Assembly (NCBI RefSeq): GCF_009914755.1
Contig: NC_060934.1
Reading direction: 5' to 3' (one strand)
DNA: 64,000 nt
From: the human T2T-CHM13v2.0 reference genome, Homo sapiens
Shown: positions 40,836 to 62,493 of the stretch, piece after piece
Position numbering within the stretch: the stretch's first letter is position 1
Layout: every line of letters starts with the position of its first letter
Notes under the pieces: generated by a model
What the model was told of the DNA's origin: nothing
Database searches by the model: none
Seen by the model: only the letters and a program-made list of their open reading frames with translations
Position numbers and translations under genes: made by a program

Positions 40836-42360
40836 GTATGAAAGAATAAACATTGTATGATTCCATTTATATGAAAATGAATCTGTGATTTAAAAATCAG
40901 ACTAGTATTAGGTTGGTGCAAAAGTAATTGCGGTTTTTGCCTTTTTTTTTTTTTTTTAATAGTTGCTTTGGGGTTTATGGATGGAGTGGCATGGTAGAGG
41001 TTAGCTGAAGGGGGCATGAAATAACTTTTTGGGGGTGCTAGAGTGTTGTAAATCTTACAGTGGGGGAGGGACAGGAGTGCAGGCATTTGACAAAACACAT
41101 TGAATTGTGAAATTTAAGATTTTTGAATTTCTTTGTATGTAAATTACCTGCCAATAAAAACATGACGAATAGAGCAGTTATGAGCATTTGTGTGTAGCTT
41201 TTTGTGCAAACTTAAATTATAATTTCTCTGATAAAAGCCCAGGAATGTGATTGTTGAGTAATATGGTAAGTGCATGTTTTTTGAGAAACTGTCAATCTAT
41301 TTTTGGGAGTGGCTGTGTGTATCATGTTATATTCTCACAAGCAAGGGATGAGAAATTTGGTTTCTCTGCATCCTTGCTAGCATTTGGTTTTATCATTATA
41401 TTTTTATTTCAACTGCTCAAATAAGTGTGCAGTGATTTCTCATGATCTCAATTTGCATTTCCCCAAAGGCTAATGATGTTAAATATATTTCCACATGCTG
41501 ATTTGACTCGGCCATGAAATGTCTCTTCATGTCTATTGCCCAATTTCTTATCAGATTTTTTTTTTTACTGTTGAGTTTTGAGAGCTCTTTATGCATTGTA
41601 AATGTGAGTCCTTTGTCAGATATGCAGTTTGCAAATATTTTCTCCCCTCCATAGCTTGTCCTTTCATCATCTTAACAGAATATTTTGCAGAGGCAAAGTT
41701 TTTAATTTTGATGAAGTCCAATTTATCAATTCTTTCTTTAATGAATCGTACTTGGGTGCCATGCCTATGAACTCATCCTCAACTCCTAGGTCCAGATGAT
41801 TTTCTCCTGTGTCTTCCTATCATAGCCAGAAACTAGAAAAGAACCAAAATGTCCCTCACTAAGTGAATGCTTAAACTAAGTGACACATCTATGCCAATAT
41901 TCAGCAATAAAAAGAAACATTATTCATGCAAATAACTAAATGGATGGATCTCAAGAGCATTAGGCTAAGTGAAAAAAACCAATCTCAAAAAGTCACATAC
42001 TGTACGATTTCACTTGTATAACATTCTTCCAGGGGCAAAATTATAAACAGTGAAAACAGATTAGTGGTTGGCAGGCGTTAGAGGCGGTGGTGGGGAAGTG
42101 TGACTACAAAGAGGTAGCAGGAGAGATCTTGGGATGATGGGATAGTTTTGTGTCTTGGTGGTTACAGGAATCTACACATGTGATACAATGTAATAGAAGA
42201 ACACACATTGTGCTAATGTCAGTTTCTTTGTTTTGATATTGTTTTGTAGAATGTAAAACGTAAACAGTGGAGAAACTGGGTGAAGGATATTGGGACCCCT
42301 TCACAAATTCTTGTCAATCTATGATTATTTGAAAATTTAAAAGTCTAAACATACATAAAA
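40720..42360. mobile_element. Mosaic of old L1M fragments in both orientations
   Basis: L1 3' motifs: sense at ~40720-41160, antisense at ~41165-41820, sense at ~41820-42360. Confidence 0.7.
40906..40941 (+). mobile_element. Half MADE1 (Hsmar1 mariner MITE) with one intact terminal inverted repeat
   Basis: TA + TTAGGTTGGTGCAAAAGTAATTGCGGTTTTTGCC. Confidence 0.9.
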
Positions 42361-42401
42361 TAAAAACCTAAAAGGCAAAAAAGTAATGCACGCACTTGAT
42401 A

Positions 42402-42674
42402 AAAATCAAGTAGTACAAAAGAGTAAATGGTGAAAATAAATCTCTGCACCACTCTAGAGACCCCAGCCAAAGTCCTCTCCAAACTCTCTCACAGTTATTA
42501 AGTTTCTTGTATATGCTTCTAGAAATTCATCTTGCATATGCTTCTAGAAAATCAAGTAGTACAAAAGAGTAAGTGGTGAAAATAAATCTCTGCACCACTC
42601 CAGAACCCCCAGCCAAAGTCCTCTCCAAACTCTCTCACGATTGTTAAGTTTCCTGTATATGCTTCTAGAAATTC
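42402..42674. repeat. 127-bp tandem duplication (period 146) with a templated junction insert
   Basis: Copies at 42402-42528 and 42548-42674. Confidence 0.92.
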
Positions 42675-43314
42675 TCTAGGAATACGCAAAAATATATGTA
42701 CTTTCCCTACTTCTCTAGCTTTTGTCTAATGCTAGTCTTCTTTCTATTTTTAATTATATGTATTTAATATATCTTTAGGAAAAATTAATACTTTTTAACA
42801 GCAGTGTAAGATTTCATTGTGAATGTACCATAATTTATTTAACCAATCTCTACTCATTTAATCTGTTTTTGGTTGTTTAGGCTGGTTTCGGTAGCTTGTT
42901 ATTGGAAGTTATTGCAATAAACATTCTTATATTACTTTGTATCATCATAGGATAGACTCCTAAAATATTGTGTTTAGATCAAAGGGCATGTGGAATTGTA
43001 CTTAAGATAGATTTTGTCAAGAAGTCCCCATTCTCATCAGTACAGAAGGAAAATACCAATTTCCTAAACCTCTTACTAAGACAGTACATCTTCAAAATTT
43101 GATCCTCACTCATCTGGTGGACAAAGTATAGTAATTCAGTGTTTTAGTTTGACTTCCCATGATGACAAGTGAAGCTTTAAACATGATGCTTTTTATATAT
43201 TTAAAGGCCTTTTGTGTCATTTTCCTGTGAACTGTTGGCTCAGGTCCATCCTTCAGTGGAGTTTAGTGAATCTGCCTCATTTCCCTAATCAATTCTGTCT
43301 CTTACCACTGGAAA

Positions 43315-50570
<7,256 letters not shown>

Positions 50571-50999
50571 GTTTTTATTTTTGTTGTTGTCTTGATTGGT
50601 TTTTGGAGAGATGGTTTTCTACTGGATACTCCTAGGATTCTTTTCTTTGAAGGCAAACATTCATTTTGTTAGGATCTGTCATCTCAGCATTGACTTCTCT
50701 AAATCAATTTACCCTTCGGTCAGAAAATTCAAGTCTTCCTTTATTTCAGGAAAGTTGTTCTGAATATTGAGTCTAAGTTTTTTTCTATTCCATAGTTCAG
50801 GTTTCCTAACCAGGGGACAGAATGTCCTCCCCTGCACTGAATGGCCTCTGCCTTTGTCTACTGAAGACTGCCTGAGTATCACTTGCAATTTAAAACAGGG
50901 CCTGTCTGTAGAGCCTTCTCTGTACCCAGGACAGTTTAGAGGCGTGTCTGTGTTTCCACACCAATAGTAATTATAGTAATAATGATTACTACAAGGTGA

Positions 51000-51204
51000 G
51001 CATCTAATGCTTTGAAATCTGATATCATTTAATGACCCCAGTTACCCTGTGAGGTGGGTATTATCTTCATTTGCAGATGAAGATACTGCAGCTTAGTCAG
51101 CAGACTAAGTCACCTAAATGCTCTGTCAGAAGCAGAATTTGTACTCAGGAATGGCCAACTGCAAAGTCCATGTGCTTGAACAGTATGGCATACTGATACA
51201 TGCA
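51000..51204. mobile_element. MIR element
   Basis: MIR core-like CCCTGTGAGGTGGGTATTATCTTCATTTGCAGATGAAGA. Confidence 0.7.
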
Positions 51205-51766
51205 CCTGCCATGACCAGAACACAATACAGTGATCTGGCAGCACTTCGTGGCTCACCATCTCTGCTATACTGATAACAACTTGAGGGCTGGACCTACTTA
51301 TCTTATTCAACAAGGACCCTCTCAGAGGTTAGGGTTGCCCAGTGCAAAGATAGCAAGTCATGTGACACATGGGCCACCTCACCCCTCCTGCAGCCATTGA
51401 TAACTTTCTTCTTTGAACATGGCATTCTTTCTCTCTAAGCCCAGTTAAGAATTCAGAATCCTTCTAGGCCCAGTTTTTAAAGCAGCCACCACCAATCTAT
51501 TGGTGCTGACATGAATTCAAAAGATACTTTCTATCCCTTATCTAAATAGTTCATAAGATGATGAGGCTGAACTATGGAACAAATGTAGTCCGTCAGAGAT
51601 TTCTAGAAAAAAAAACCAACTCTCAATAGTCCTAGAAGTTTGGAAATGAGTATTAATCCCAGGATAATCCAGACACATCTTGTCTTATGGCCTGATGCCA
51701 AGTGATGTGGCCCTTATCTAATAGCGCATTTGCATTTTAAATGAGTAAAGCTGGTTAAACCTCTTT

Positions 51767-52871
51767 TTCCAATTTCAGCTATTATTTTATCTACAAGGGC
51801 CTCATAGACATTCACTCCACCCAACAACCACAGAATATACATTCTTCCTATCTGTACACAGAACATATTCTCAGATCAACCATACGCTGAGTCATAAAGC
51901 AAGTCTCAATAAATTTTAAAAAATTGAAATTATACCAAACACACTCTTGGACCACAGTGCGATAAAAATAGAAACTAATATCAAGAAGATCTCTCAAAAC
52001 TACACAAATACATGGATATTAAACAACTTTTTCCTGATTAACTCCTAGGTGAAAATCAAAATTAAGGCAGAAATAAAAAAATCTTTGAAAGTAATGAAAA
52101 TGGAGATACAACTTAACAAAGTCTCTGGGATACAGCCAAAGCAGTGTTAAGAGGAAAGTTTATAACGTTAAATGCCTTCACCAAGAAGTTAAAACAATCT
52201 CAAATTAACAGTCTAACTTTGCACCTAGAAGAACTAGAGAAAAAGAGCAAACCAACCCCAAAGCTAGCAGAAGAAAATAAATAACTAAAATTAAAGAAGA
52301 ACTTAATGAAATTGAGATGCAAAAATCCATACAAAAGATAAATGAAACCAAAAGTTGATTTTCAAAAAAATAAACAAGACTGAGAGACCACTAGCTAGAT
52401 TAACAAAGAAAAAAGAATTTCCAAATAAGTACTGTCAGAAATGACAAAGATATTACAATTCATCTTCATTTGCAGATGAAGATACTGCAGCTTTGTCAGC
52501 AGACTAAGTCACCTAAATGCTCTGCCAGAAGCAGAATTTGTACTCAGGAATGTCCAACTGCAAAGTCCATGTGCTTGAACAGTATGGCGTACTGATACAT
52601 GCAGAAATACAAAAGATCCTCAGAAAATACTGTGAGTAATTCTATGCACACAAATTAGAAAATCTAGAGGAAATGGATAAATTCCTGGGAACATACAATC
52701 TCCCAAGATTGAATCAGGAAGAGACTGATACCCTGACTAGACCAATATCAAGCTCTGAAATTAAACGAATAATAAAAAACCTACCAACGACAACAACAAA
52801 AAGCCCTGGACTAGATGGATTCACAGCTAAATTCTATCAGACATACAAAGAACTGGTACCAATCCTACTGA
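51767..52871. mobile_element. Primate L1 (L1PA/PB) insertion with a 5' inversion: ORF2 segment on + (~51793-52871), a very short 3' end on - (~51767-51797), and a 12-bp TSD
   Basis: ORF2 peptide [17 protein letters not shown]...[18 protein letters not shown]; TTAAACCTCTTT at 51755-51766 and 52872-52883. Confidence 0.75.
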
Positions 52872-55800
52872 TTAAACCTCTTTAGGTTCTGCTTTTTGTA
52901 TTGTTAAAATCTTCATTTTTGGTTTTCTAACAGTCTCTGATTCAAACATTCGTTACCAATAAACAATCCAGGTAGCCTCACCCTGAGTGGCAGCCTGGCT
53001 GGGTGAGTTCTAAAAATGCCCAAGACCTCCAAGACTAGGTGAGATCTGAAGTAATGAAATGCCTCCATTCACTAAAGGCCTGAAATTGTCCTGACTGCCC
53101 CAGTCCCACGGACCAAGAAGAGCCTTTCAAGCTGTGATCCCAATACTTGTGGCTGCTGTGAGAATAAGGAAAGCAGCCTAGGCCTCCAGTGGAAGGATCA
53201 GATGTTTGCCCTTCATACCTCAGAGAGCCTTCATCCAAGTAAGATGGGTGGTGAGGAGCTGTGGATGACAGCATGAAGGATGAGGACTGATGCAGCAGCC
53301 ATAATTAGATTATAGGTTTCCATGGGATGTGCCATGACTGCTTACAAATGGGGCCCAGCCATGGAATTGAGTTATCAACTAAGCTGATTCCTGAGGCACA
53401 GATCATCCTGTCCTCCACAACATGATTAAAGACTACATGATGCTCAGGAAGACCTCTGCAGCTGTGTGCTTGGAAGAGTGTGTTTTTCCTGCTAAAGCAT
53501 AAGAAAAAAGAGACCAGCAATTATCTTAGGCCTTGCAGCATCCTTTCTGGTCCCACAAGTTTGAGAAGGCAGGTGTGTGTGTGTGTGTGCATTTGTGTTT
53601 GTGTGTGTGCGCACGTCCACATGCATGCATGATCCTACAATGGAAGTGAGTACGCAAAAGTTGATTGCCTATATACCCTCCCCACAACCAGGTGTATAAG
53701 AGTATTCTTTGAGAATGAGAAAGCAGGAAGGAGCACATCCCACACCTTAGCATTCATGTAGTCAATTAGGAACTCCTGAGCTCCCATGACATGCTAGACC
53801 CTGGGCTCAGCACTGGATCTCAGACATGTCCCAAACTGGGCGATGGAAGTGGTGGGAAGCAACCACTCATGGACAGCTTCCCGTGTGCCAGGAGTGTGCC
53901 AGCATTGACATTATGCCGTCTCTCACTCCTGCCCTCCATCACATTAGTGATTCTGCCATGAGTGACTCGTTCCTTTGGGTTCCTGTTAAGTTCCTGTGGA
54001 GGGGTCTAGCCACAGCAGGGGAAAGAGCACCAAGGGAGCTTTTAGGAAACTCTGCTCCAGGTCAGCTGTGTGATGCTGAAAAAATGGCTCACCCTCTCTG
54101 GACCTGTTTCCTCTTTTGCACAATAAGAGGGTGGTGTTCTCCAAGGTCTCCTTGAAAATGCGACTTATCCTTGGTCATCACTTTGCAGAGGGCAGGTCCT
54201 GTCCCCAAGCCCACCAGAGTGGAGCTGGGAAAAGTTCCATGGTGAAGAAAAGGCAGGGGACACAACTCTGAGAGTCATTCCTTTGAAGATTGAGCCCAGA
54301 GGGCTCAGTTTCTGGATTGCATGGGGCACTTTGTCTCTCTCTGCTGGAGCCACGCACCCCTGGTGCAGTAGTTTCTGCCCTGCCCAGACTCTGGTCCCAG
54401 AAGGTTGACATAATGAGGAGGGAATGAGCTTGCCAGCTCTGCCATGACCAGCAGGCTGCCTTGGGCAAGTGCTTCACTTCCCTGAGCCTCACTTCCTCTG
54501 CCTCATCCCTTCTCAGAGACCACTCCTCATTTACCATCCTAAAGTCTGACCCGTCCTGACAACCATTATTCTCTCTCCATCCCCTGGTTTTTCTCTTTAG
54601 GACAGTTACTGCATTCTCTATCTCTTGTTGTTTCTTAGGTGGAGGAGGTACCTGCCTCCTCCCTACCTAGAACGTGAGCCTAGTAAAGGGATGGGCCTCA
54701 CCTGTTTCAGGTTTGACCTCCAATGCCCGTCACGTAGAAGCTCAACACCATTTCCAATGCCAGAAGTGACAGGACAACAGCAACAATAGCAATATTTCTG
54801 TACCACTCCCCTCACTTTCCAAAGAGAAGTAATTCCCAGCTTGGACCTTCCCTTGCTGGGAGGGGTGCCCAGGTGTGGCCTCTCTGTGACCTTGGACCCT
54901 GGCTCCGGCATATGCCAGCCTGGCCTTTCCCCAGGGTAGGGAGCTGGCACCCTGGGCATTCCCCAGCCAGCATCCAGCCTTCTTGGGCAGGGCCTTTCCA
55001 CACCATTCCTCCCAAATCCTCACTGGCCCACCCTGGAACAAATGCAGGCGGAAGCTCGCATCCCCACCTCTGCTGTTTCTGCTGGGTCCCCAAAGAGCTT
55101 TCTTTAGGGAAAAAGAAAGCAGGCCAGTGCCTGCTCCTTTTAGACCCCACAGTGGGGCATGGGGTGGGCCTTGGTTGGCCTTAATTTTCCATTCACCTGA
55201 GGAGTGGCTCAATCTCACTCACTCCCATTGCAGGTGGATGTCAGCCAAACTGGATGCATAAGGTTTTTGTGATTTAGGAGTTGCAACAGGGGAGATAAAA
55301 TGCCTAGGAATGTCTTCAGTTGGAAAAAAGGGGCATGATCCTCACATTCTGTAACCTGAGCACTTTATCTCCTCTCTCCCCTTCCTTCACTGATACAAGA
55401 AAGGAGACTCCAGCACTAGTTTCCTCAGTCCTTCTGCAGGGCGGGGCTTCTCACGGCCTCAAAGTCATGGAGAAGAGTGTGCACAGGACACCTCACTTTA
55501 AGCAAAGCCCATAGACCGTATTTGAGAAAAGGAGTTAAATAAAGAGGCAGCCACCAACAAACAAGAGCCCTGTGGTCACTCAGGTCCCATAGACTCTAGA
55601 GGTCAAAGGGCCTCCGAGCATTTGAGAATCAGAGAGGGCAAGTAACTTGGCTGATATCACATAGCACGAAGGTGGCAGAGCCAGGATTCTACCTGCTGGC
55701 CTCCCAGATGTCTTTCCTGTTGGACCCTGCTTGCTGGCCACTCCTGGTGGGGGTCACTCCACCATTAGTGTGTTCGTCAAACTGACAGTTGTGGTCCAGA

Positions 55801-56816
55801 TCCCTTGCCTCTGGTGTGCCCAGCACCTTAGCTGGCACCTCCCTCAGCAAACCCAGCCTTCGCCATCCTCTCAAGCATACTTCCCAGGGCTGTTTTGTCC
55901 ATTACGGTCCCAGAATATAAGGCCTTTGGGTTTTTTCAGGGCCTGTGAAAAGGTTTGAAACATGAAAAACATACTGGCAGTTCCAAAATTCTCAAATAAA
56001 ACTGTAGAAATGCCTTAGGAATTAAATATGTAATAAGATGTGAACACTTCATTACACACCTACAATTAGTCACATGCCTACGATATGTGAATAATGTCAG
56101 GTCAGCTAGTGAACTGTTATATAGTAATTGCGCATCACTTATATAGATATACACAAAGTGCACTTACTGACTTGGATGTGTGTGTTCATTGTTTGAAGTG
56201 GCGTGGATGGAGGCTCCAAAAGATAAAAGAATGTAGGGGAGGTGACTCTTCAAATGGCCCTCACCCACCCCTTACCCTCAGCTCACCCACCATGAAGCTT
56301 CCCCTTCCAAGGAGGACACACCTCCTTTCCTAGAACATTCTTCAGTGCCACAAGCTGCTCAGTCAGCCCTGATTCTGGAGTCTCCAGTGAGCGAGGCCTG
56401 GGGTGGCCCCAGCGGGATGAGCCACACTCCCCACAGCACTCAGCCTGGATGTGGCACTGGCTGCACATAGCAAGAGGCAGCTATTGGACACCTGCTCGCC
56501 ACAAGTTCTGTCTTATCCTCCCAGCAACACCGAGTGAGGGAGGGAGTGTTAACCCACCATTCACCAGGTTTACCAGAGACCAAGCCCAGGCTCTCCCCAC
56601 TGCACACTTTTAAAAGGGTCCTTTCAGCTTCCCATTAAAGTGGTTTGTTCCTTTGTTCCTCCTCTCCTGTTCTTCCTAAGACATCATCACTGAAATTTAA
56701 GCTTATAAATTTAAAATGGAGTAAATCTATAAGGGAAAAGCATTAAAAAAAGAGAGAAAGATGGCTTACTAATGGATGAGAGTCCAACACATTTCTGGAA
56801 GACAGGGTTCATGAGA

Positions 56817-57360
56817 GGCCTAGCACTGTGGCTCCCACCTGTAATCCCAGCACTTTCGGAGGCTGAGGCAGGAGGATCGCTTGAGGACAGGAATTCAAGC
56901 CTGCAGTGAGTTACCGTCACACCACCCTACTCCAGCCTAGGCAACAAAGCGAGACCCCATCTCTTAGAAAAGAAAAAAGAAGATTCACAAGAGGGTGTGG
57001 CAATATTAGACAGGCTAAGCCCCCAGGTGTACCCAGTGTAACCACAGGGGCCCTTCGGTGGAAGGGAGAAGCAGAAGAGGTCAGAGTGAAGCCACACCTG
57101 CTGTGACAATGGAGGGAGAAAGTGGCTGGCCAAGGAACTCCATCAGCTTCTAGAAGCTGGAAAAGGCAAGGAAACAGTCTCCACCCGGAGCCTTATGGGA
57201 ACACAGCCGCCTCATGGGAACACAGCTGCCCTGTGACACTGATTTTAGCCCCGTGAGGCCCATGCTGGACTTCTGGCCTCCAGAACTGTAAGATTTGTGG
57301 TGCTCTAAGCAAATCATAAATTTGTGGAAATTTGTTACAGCAGCAACAGAAAAGTAGCAC
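56817..57360 (+). mobile_element. Alu monomer (FRAM-like, ~56817-56980) and an MLT1-type LTR fragment (~57000-57360)
   Basis: Alu motifs; MLT1 3' motif GGACTTCTGGCCTCCAGAACTGTAAGA...TTTGTTACAGCAGCAACAGAAAA. Confidence 0.75.
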
Positions 57361-57705
57361 AGGCAGCCTACGTGCTAATTCTCATCTTACCTGAGGTGGG
57401 GTGTACAATACACCCTGCGTTAGTTGGAAAGCTGAAACAATTCTCTAATGCTAATACTGAAATTGTCAGGTCGGTGTAACTGTGACAGTCCGGAAGCAAT
57501 GGAGGCTTCAGTGAGCAGGACTAGCTGCCTTTCTCACCACCACAGCTTGATCTCTCTCACAACTTCCTCTCCACCTCCACTGACCTCTGGGTTGGTTTTC
57601 TCCTGCACGATCTTTCCACGTGTCAGGGGCCTGGAGGCACCCTACAAGAGCTGATTTTACATTTCCTTCCTAGAGGTAATCCCAGAACAAAAGAGAGCAG
57701 TTTTA

Positions 57706-58986
<1,281 letters not shown>

Positions 58987-61900
58987 AGAGCAGTTTTAGT
59001 AGTGAAAGTCCTGCAGGATTCCTAGTGGTCAAGATTGGGGAGCATGCCTGTATCCCACAGTGGCCAGGGCCCAGGACATATGCCTGGCCCTGTGACTGGC
59101 TGGTCATGGGCACAGGCCCCCGGGAGGGAGGGGAGAGTCCTTTCAGAAGAAGGGGAGGGTATGGGAACAGACCCAACCTGACCGCCCCAGACCGTTACTC
59201 TCCCTGAGGTGGATGGAATGCAGAATCAAAGTACAATTATATGGTTTAAAGTTTTAAAAGTAAATAACAGAAAACTAAAAATAATTATGCCAAAATGATA
59301 AAACTTTGGAAGGATGAAGGGAGGAAGCAGAGGTGCATAATGAGGCCATTTCTTATGTTCCATCACAGGAGGTAGATAAATTTTCTCCAGATGAATAAAA
59401 AAATAAGGGTGCCTATACATGCTACTAAGCATTGTGGAGGCACCCACCAGAAGTACTAAAAATGGAAATGTTTACAAGAAGTTGCCTCTGGAGAGTGAGG
59501 CCAGGACTGGGGAGGGGAGAGGATAGAAACTGTTTTCTCTCACCATAAACCCTTCTCTCATATTTGATTTGTTCCTATCTGTTTGTTTTACATTGATCAC
59601 AAGATGTGCTGTGAGAGTGAAAGATTTTTAAATATTTAGATGGATGTCCTGAGCTTTGATATGAAATGCTGATCTGATCAATATCTAATATTATAACTCC
59701 ATTTGGGATAAAATTTTAGGGTCATGGGGAAAAAACATAATTTGGAATCATCTTCATTCATATGCAAGTTATGCTTTTTAAGAAGGAAACTCCTTGATTC
59801 TCATCTGCTGTGCTGAATCTTTAGGAGTTTAACCTGCTATGTCACATGTTTCAATAAAAGAGAGATGTTCCCAGCCTGTTAAACAACAAACTCGCCTGCT
59901 TAAATCAAAAAGCAATTATGAATGAATGAATGAACTCTTGTCATCACCCTCTCTCCAGGAGAGAGTAAGGCACATTCATTCTCACAAGAAGACCTGGCCT
60001 CACCCCATTTCTCTGTTTCCCAGGCATATGGCTCATCTGCGTCCAGTGTATGTTTGGCCAGGACACTGGACATGTCCCACTTGGCTCCTGCCTCTTGCCC
60101 CTGCCAGTCTGGCCTACGGCCGTGGGTCTGAGGGGAGGACTGGGAGCCATCAGAGACAGCAGCTGGCCAGGATCTGATTTGGAGGCCTAGTACTCAATGC
60201 AGAGTTACTCTTCAGGCCCCAGCTCCTTCATGCAGGGCTCCTGGGCCACATATTCAGAGTCAGATTCCCCACCCTTCTCCAGAGATTCGGGTCATTGACT
60301 TACACCAAAGCTGGAAGCCATAAATCAGGAGACTTCATTGGTCTCATTCCTGAACCCACCCCTGCAACCTTTGGTCATCGCCCCATAGGCCAGCCCTGGC
60401 CATCCACCCATCTCCCTGATGCTCCCTCCATCCTGCTCTGGGACTCCTCTCCTTCCTGCTCTTCCGCCACGGCTGACTCTGCCTCTTCGTCACTGTTCCA
60501 CTGGGAGGCCCATTTCAGAGCAAATGAGCCCTCTGTGTCATCAGCCTTTCTCTCCTCCCCTGGGGGCATACTCCTTTACCCTAGATGCGGGCTTCTCACT
60601 CTCCCTCTTCCAACTTGGCTAAGGACCCAGCAGGACAGGGAGCCTCTTCCTCTTCCCCTTTGCCCTCCTCCCACATCCCATCGTCTTTCGCTCTCTGGAG
60701 GTTGGGGGGAGGGGCAGGGTGGAACAATTCCCCCAGCTTCTCACTCCCAGGGCCTCCCCTCCATGATCACCGTCTCCCTCTCCTCCCTGAGGCCGGAGGC
60801 CTGGCCATGCCCGTAGGGACAACGTCTCCCCAGCTTGGCCTTGGTGCTCTGGGACCTCCCCAACTGCACAACAGGCTCCCAAGCCGGGAATGCTTTTGTC
60901 TCAGCTCCCCTCTAGACCTGGGGAGCCCTCCATGGAAAACCACAGTCGAAAAATGGATTTAGTATCTGCATTGTTCAGGGTCATGGCAAGAAATGGCATT
61001 GAATGCTTCAAATGATGAGACTTTAATGGCAGTAGTCCTTACAGAAGTGTGGCCAGGTGAAGAGGATGAACAGGGATGTTGAGAAGCACGAAAACAAACA
61101 ACTCTAGGATGCTGTTACTCATGGGGCTAGACAGAGAGGAATAGTGTTGCCACAGCCAGTAAGAGCTAGAGATGTGGAGAAGGGGTTTCCAGCAGGAGCT
61201 GATGTCTTGGAGAGACACAGCCTTGGGGAGGGGCAGTGGGGACGGGGTGGGGGGATACACTGACCACTCTCTCTCTTCCTATACTTTTGCCTTCCAGCTA
61301 GAGTCTCCCACTGGCTAATTCCAACCTCTGCCCAGTCAGTAAGAAAGCCTGAGAGGCAGCTTAAAGACGTCAGGTTCCCAGGGTCAAGCAGGACACATGG
61401 CTGTGGGGGTGGGGAAGGAGAGTGGGCAAACACCCTGAAACTAAAAGGAGAGTAGCAGTGCAGAATCCAGGGCCACTGAAAACAGTTCCCAGAGTCCAAC
61501 TCCGTCGTTTTGCAAATGGAGAAGCCAAGGCTGGAAAAGGTTAGTGATTTTCCCAAGTCACACAAAGTTCGTGGCCAGGCTGAGCCCAGACCCCAGATCC
61601 CCATCCCCCCTGCTGCCTGTGACACAACAAAGGCCTTGACACCAACACTCCCTTCTGTGGAGTCCCTTGTAGTGTTTATGCACTAAAAATCATTTTTAAA
61701 ACATTTTAATAGGGTATATTGCTTTGAATCCCTTCCCCAACAGGAAATATGCTGGCTGGCTGGCAGAAGGCTCAGCAGCTGACCTTGAACTCCCTTGACC
61801 TCCCCACATCCAGGCTGAGATTTTCCATCCAACGGTATTGCCAGAGCCCAAGCTGAATGGAGGAGGCTGGAATTAAACAGTAATAGCCCCTTCCAGTTAT

Positions 61901-62493
61901 CGTTCTGTAGCCAGCAGCTAGATAAATATTCGGAAAACATCGGAGGAGAAATCTAATTGAATTCAAACATAATAAATTGAAGCCAACTCACTGGATTTAT
62001 GGTCATGTCTTCTGGCATCTTTTAATTTTGCATCACACTCATTTGGAGGCAATCAAATTAGGGCGCTCATTAGCAGCCAAGGGAGGGGAGGCTGGAGCCA
62101 CACTCACTGCGGTAATGAGATCTCTGCAGTGGGATGATTCAGAAGTCGGTTGCCGGGGAGGCTGCAAGGGCACAGTGGTCACTGCCTCCTTTCAGGAAAG
62201 TTGTTGGGAGGAGCAGGAGGTTGATTGTAGGAGGGAGCAAGGGTGGAGTCCAGCCCAGCTACTCACCGGGTAACTGTGGCCTTCACCGCCCACAGTGTCA
62301 GACTCCTCCTCGGTGGGATAGCGGCAGTGCCTGCCTCCGAAGGCTAAATGAGTAGGAAATGAGATAAGAGGTAGAAACCATGTCTTCCTCCAGCCCTCAG
62401 AGTTTGATAACCTCTGCCCTCTCATCCCATTACGGCCCCATGGACAAAGCTCCTTGGCCCCCGATTCTCACTCATGGACCTCTGGCTTGTACA

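Noticed and set aside
52673-52885. L1 ORF2-like peptide suggesting an active retrotransposon
   Set aside because: A short internal fragment with stops, frameshifts and an insertion; it has no promoter or ORF1.
57191-57230. 19-bp tandem duplication (ATGGGAACACAGC) in the MLT1 fragment
   Set aside because: An ordinary slippage event inside a decayed LTR.
60295-60962. ORFs of 173 and 125 aa in CT-rich sequence
   Set aside because: Low-complexity Pro/Ser/Leu composition, with no splice or domain support.
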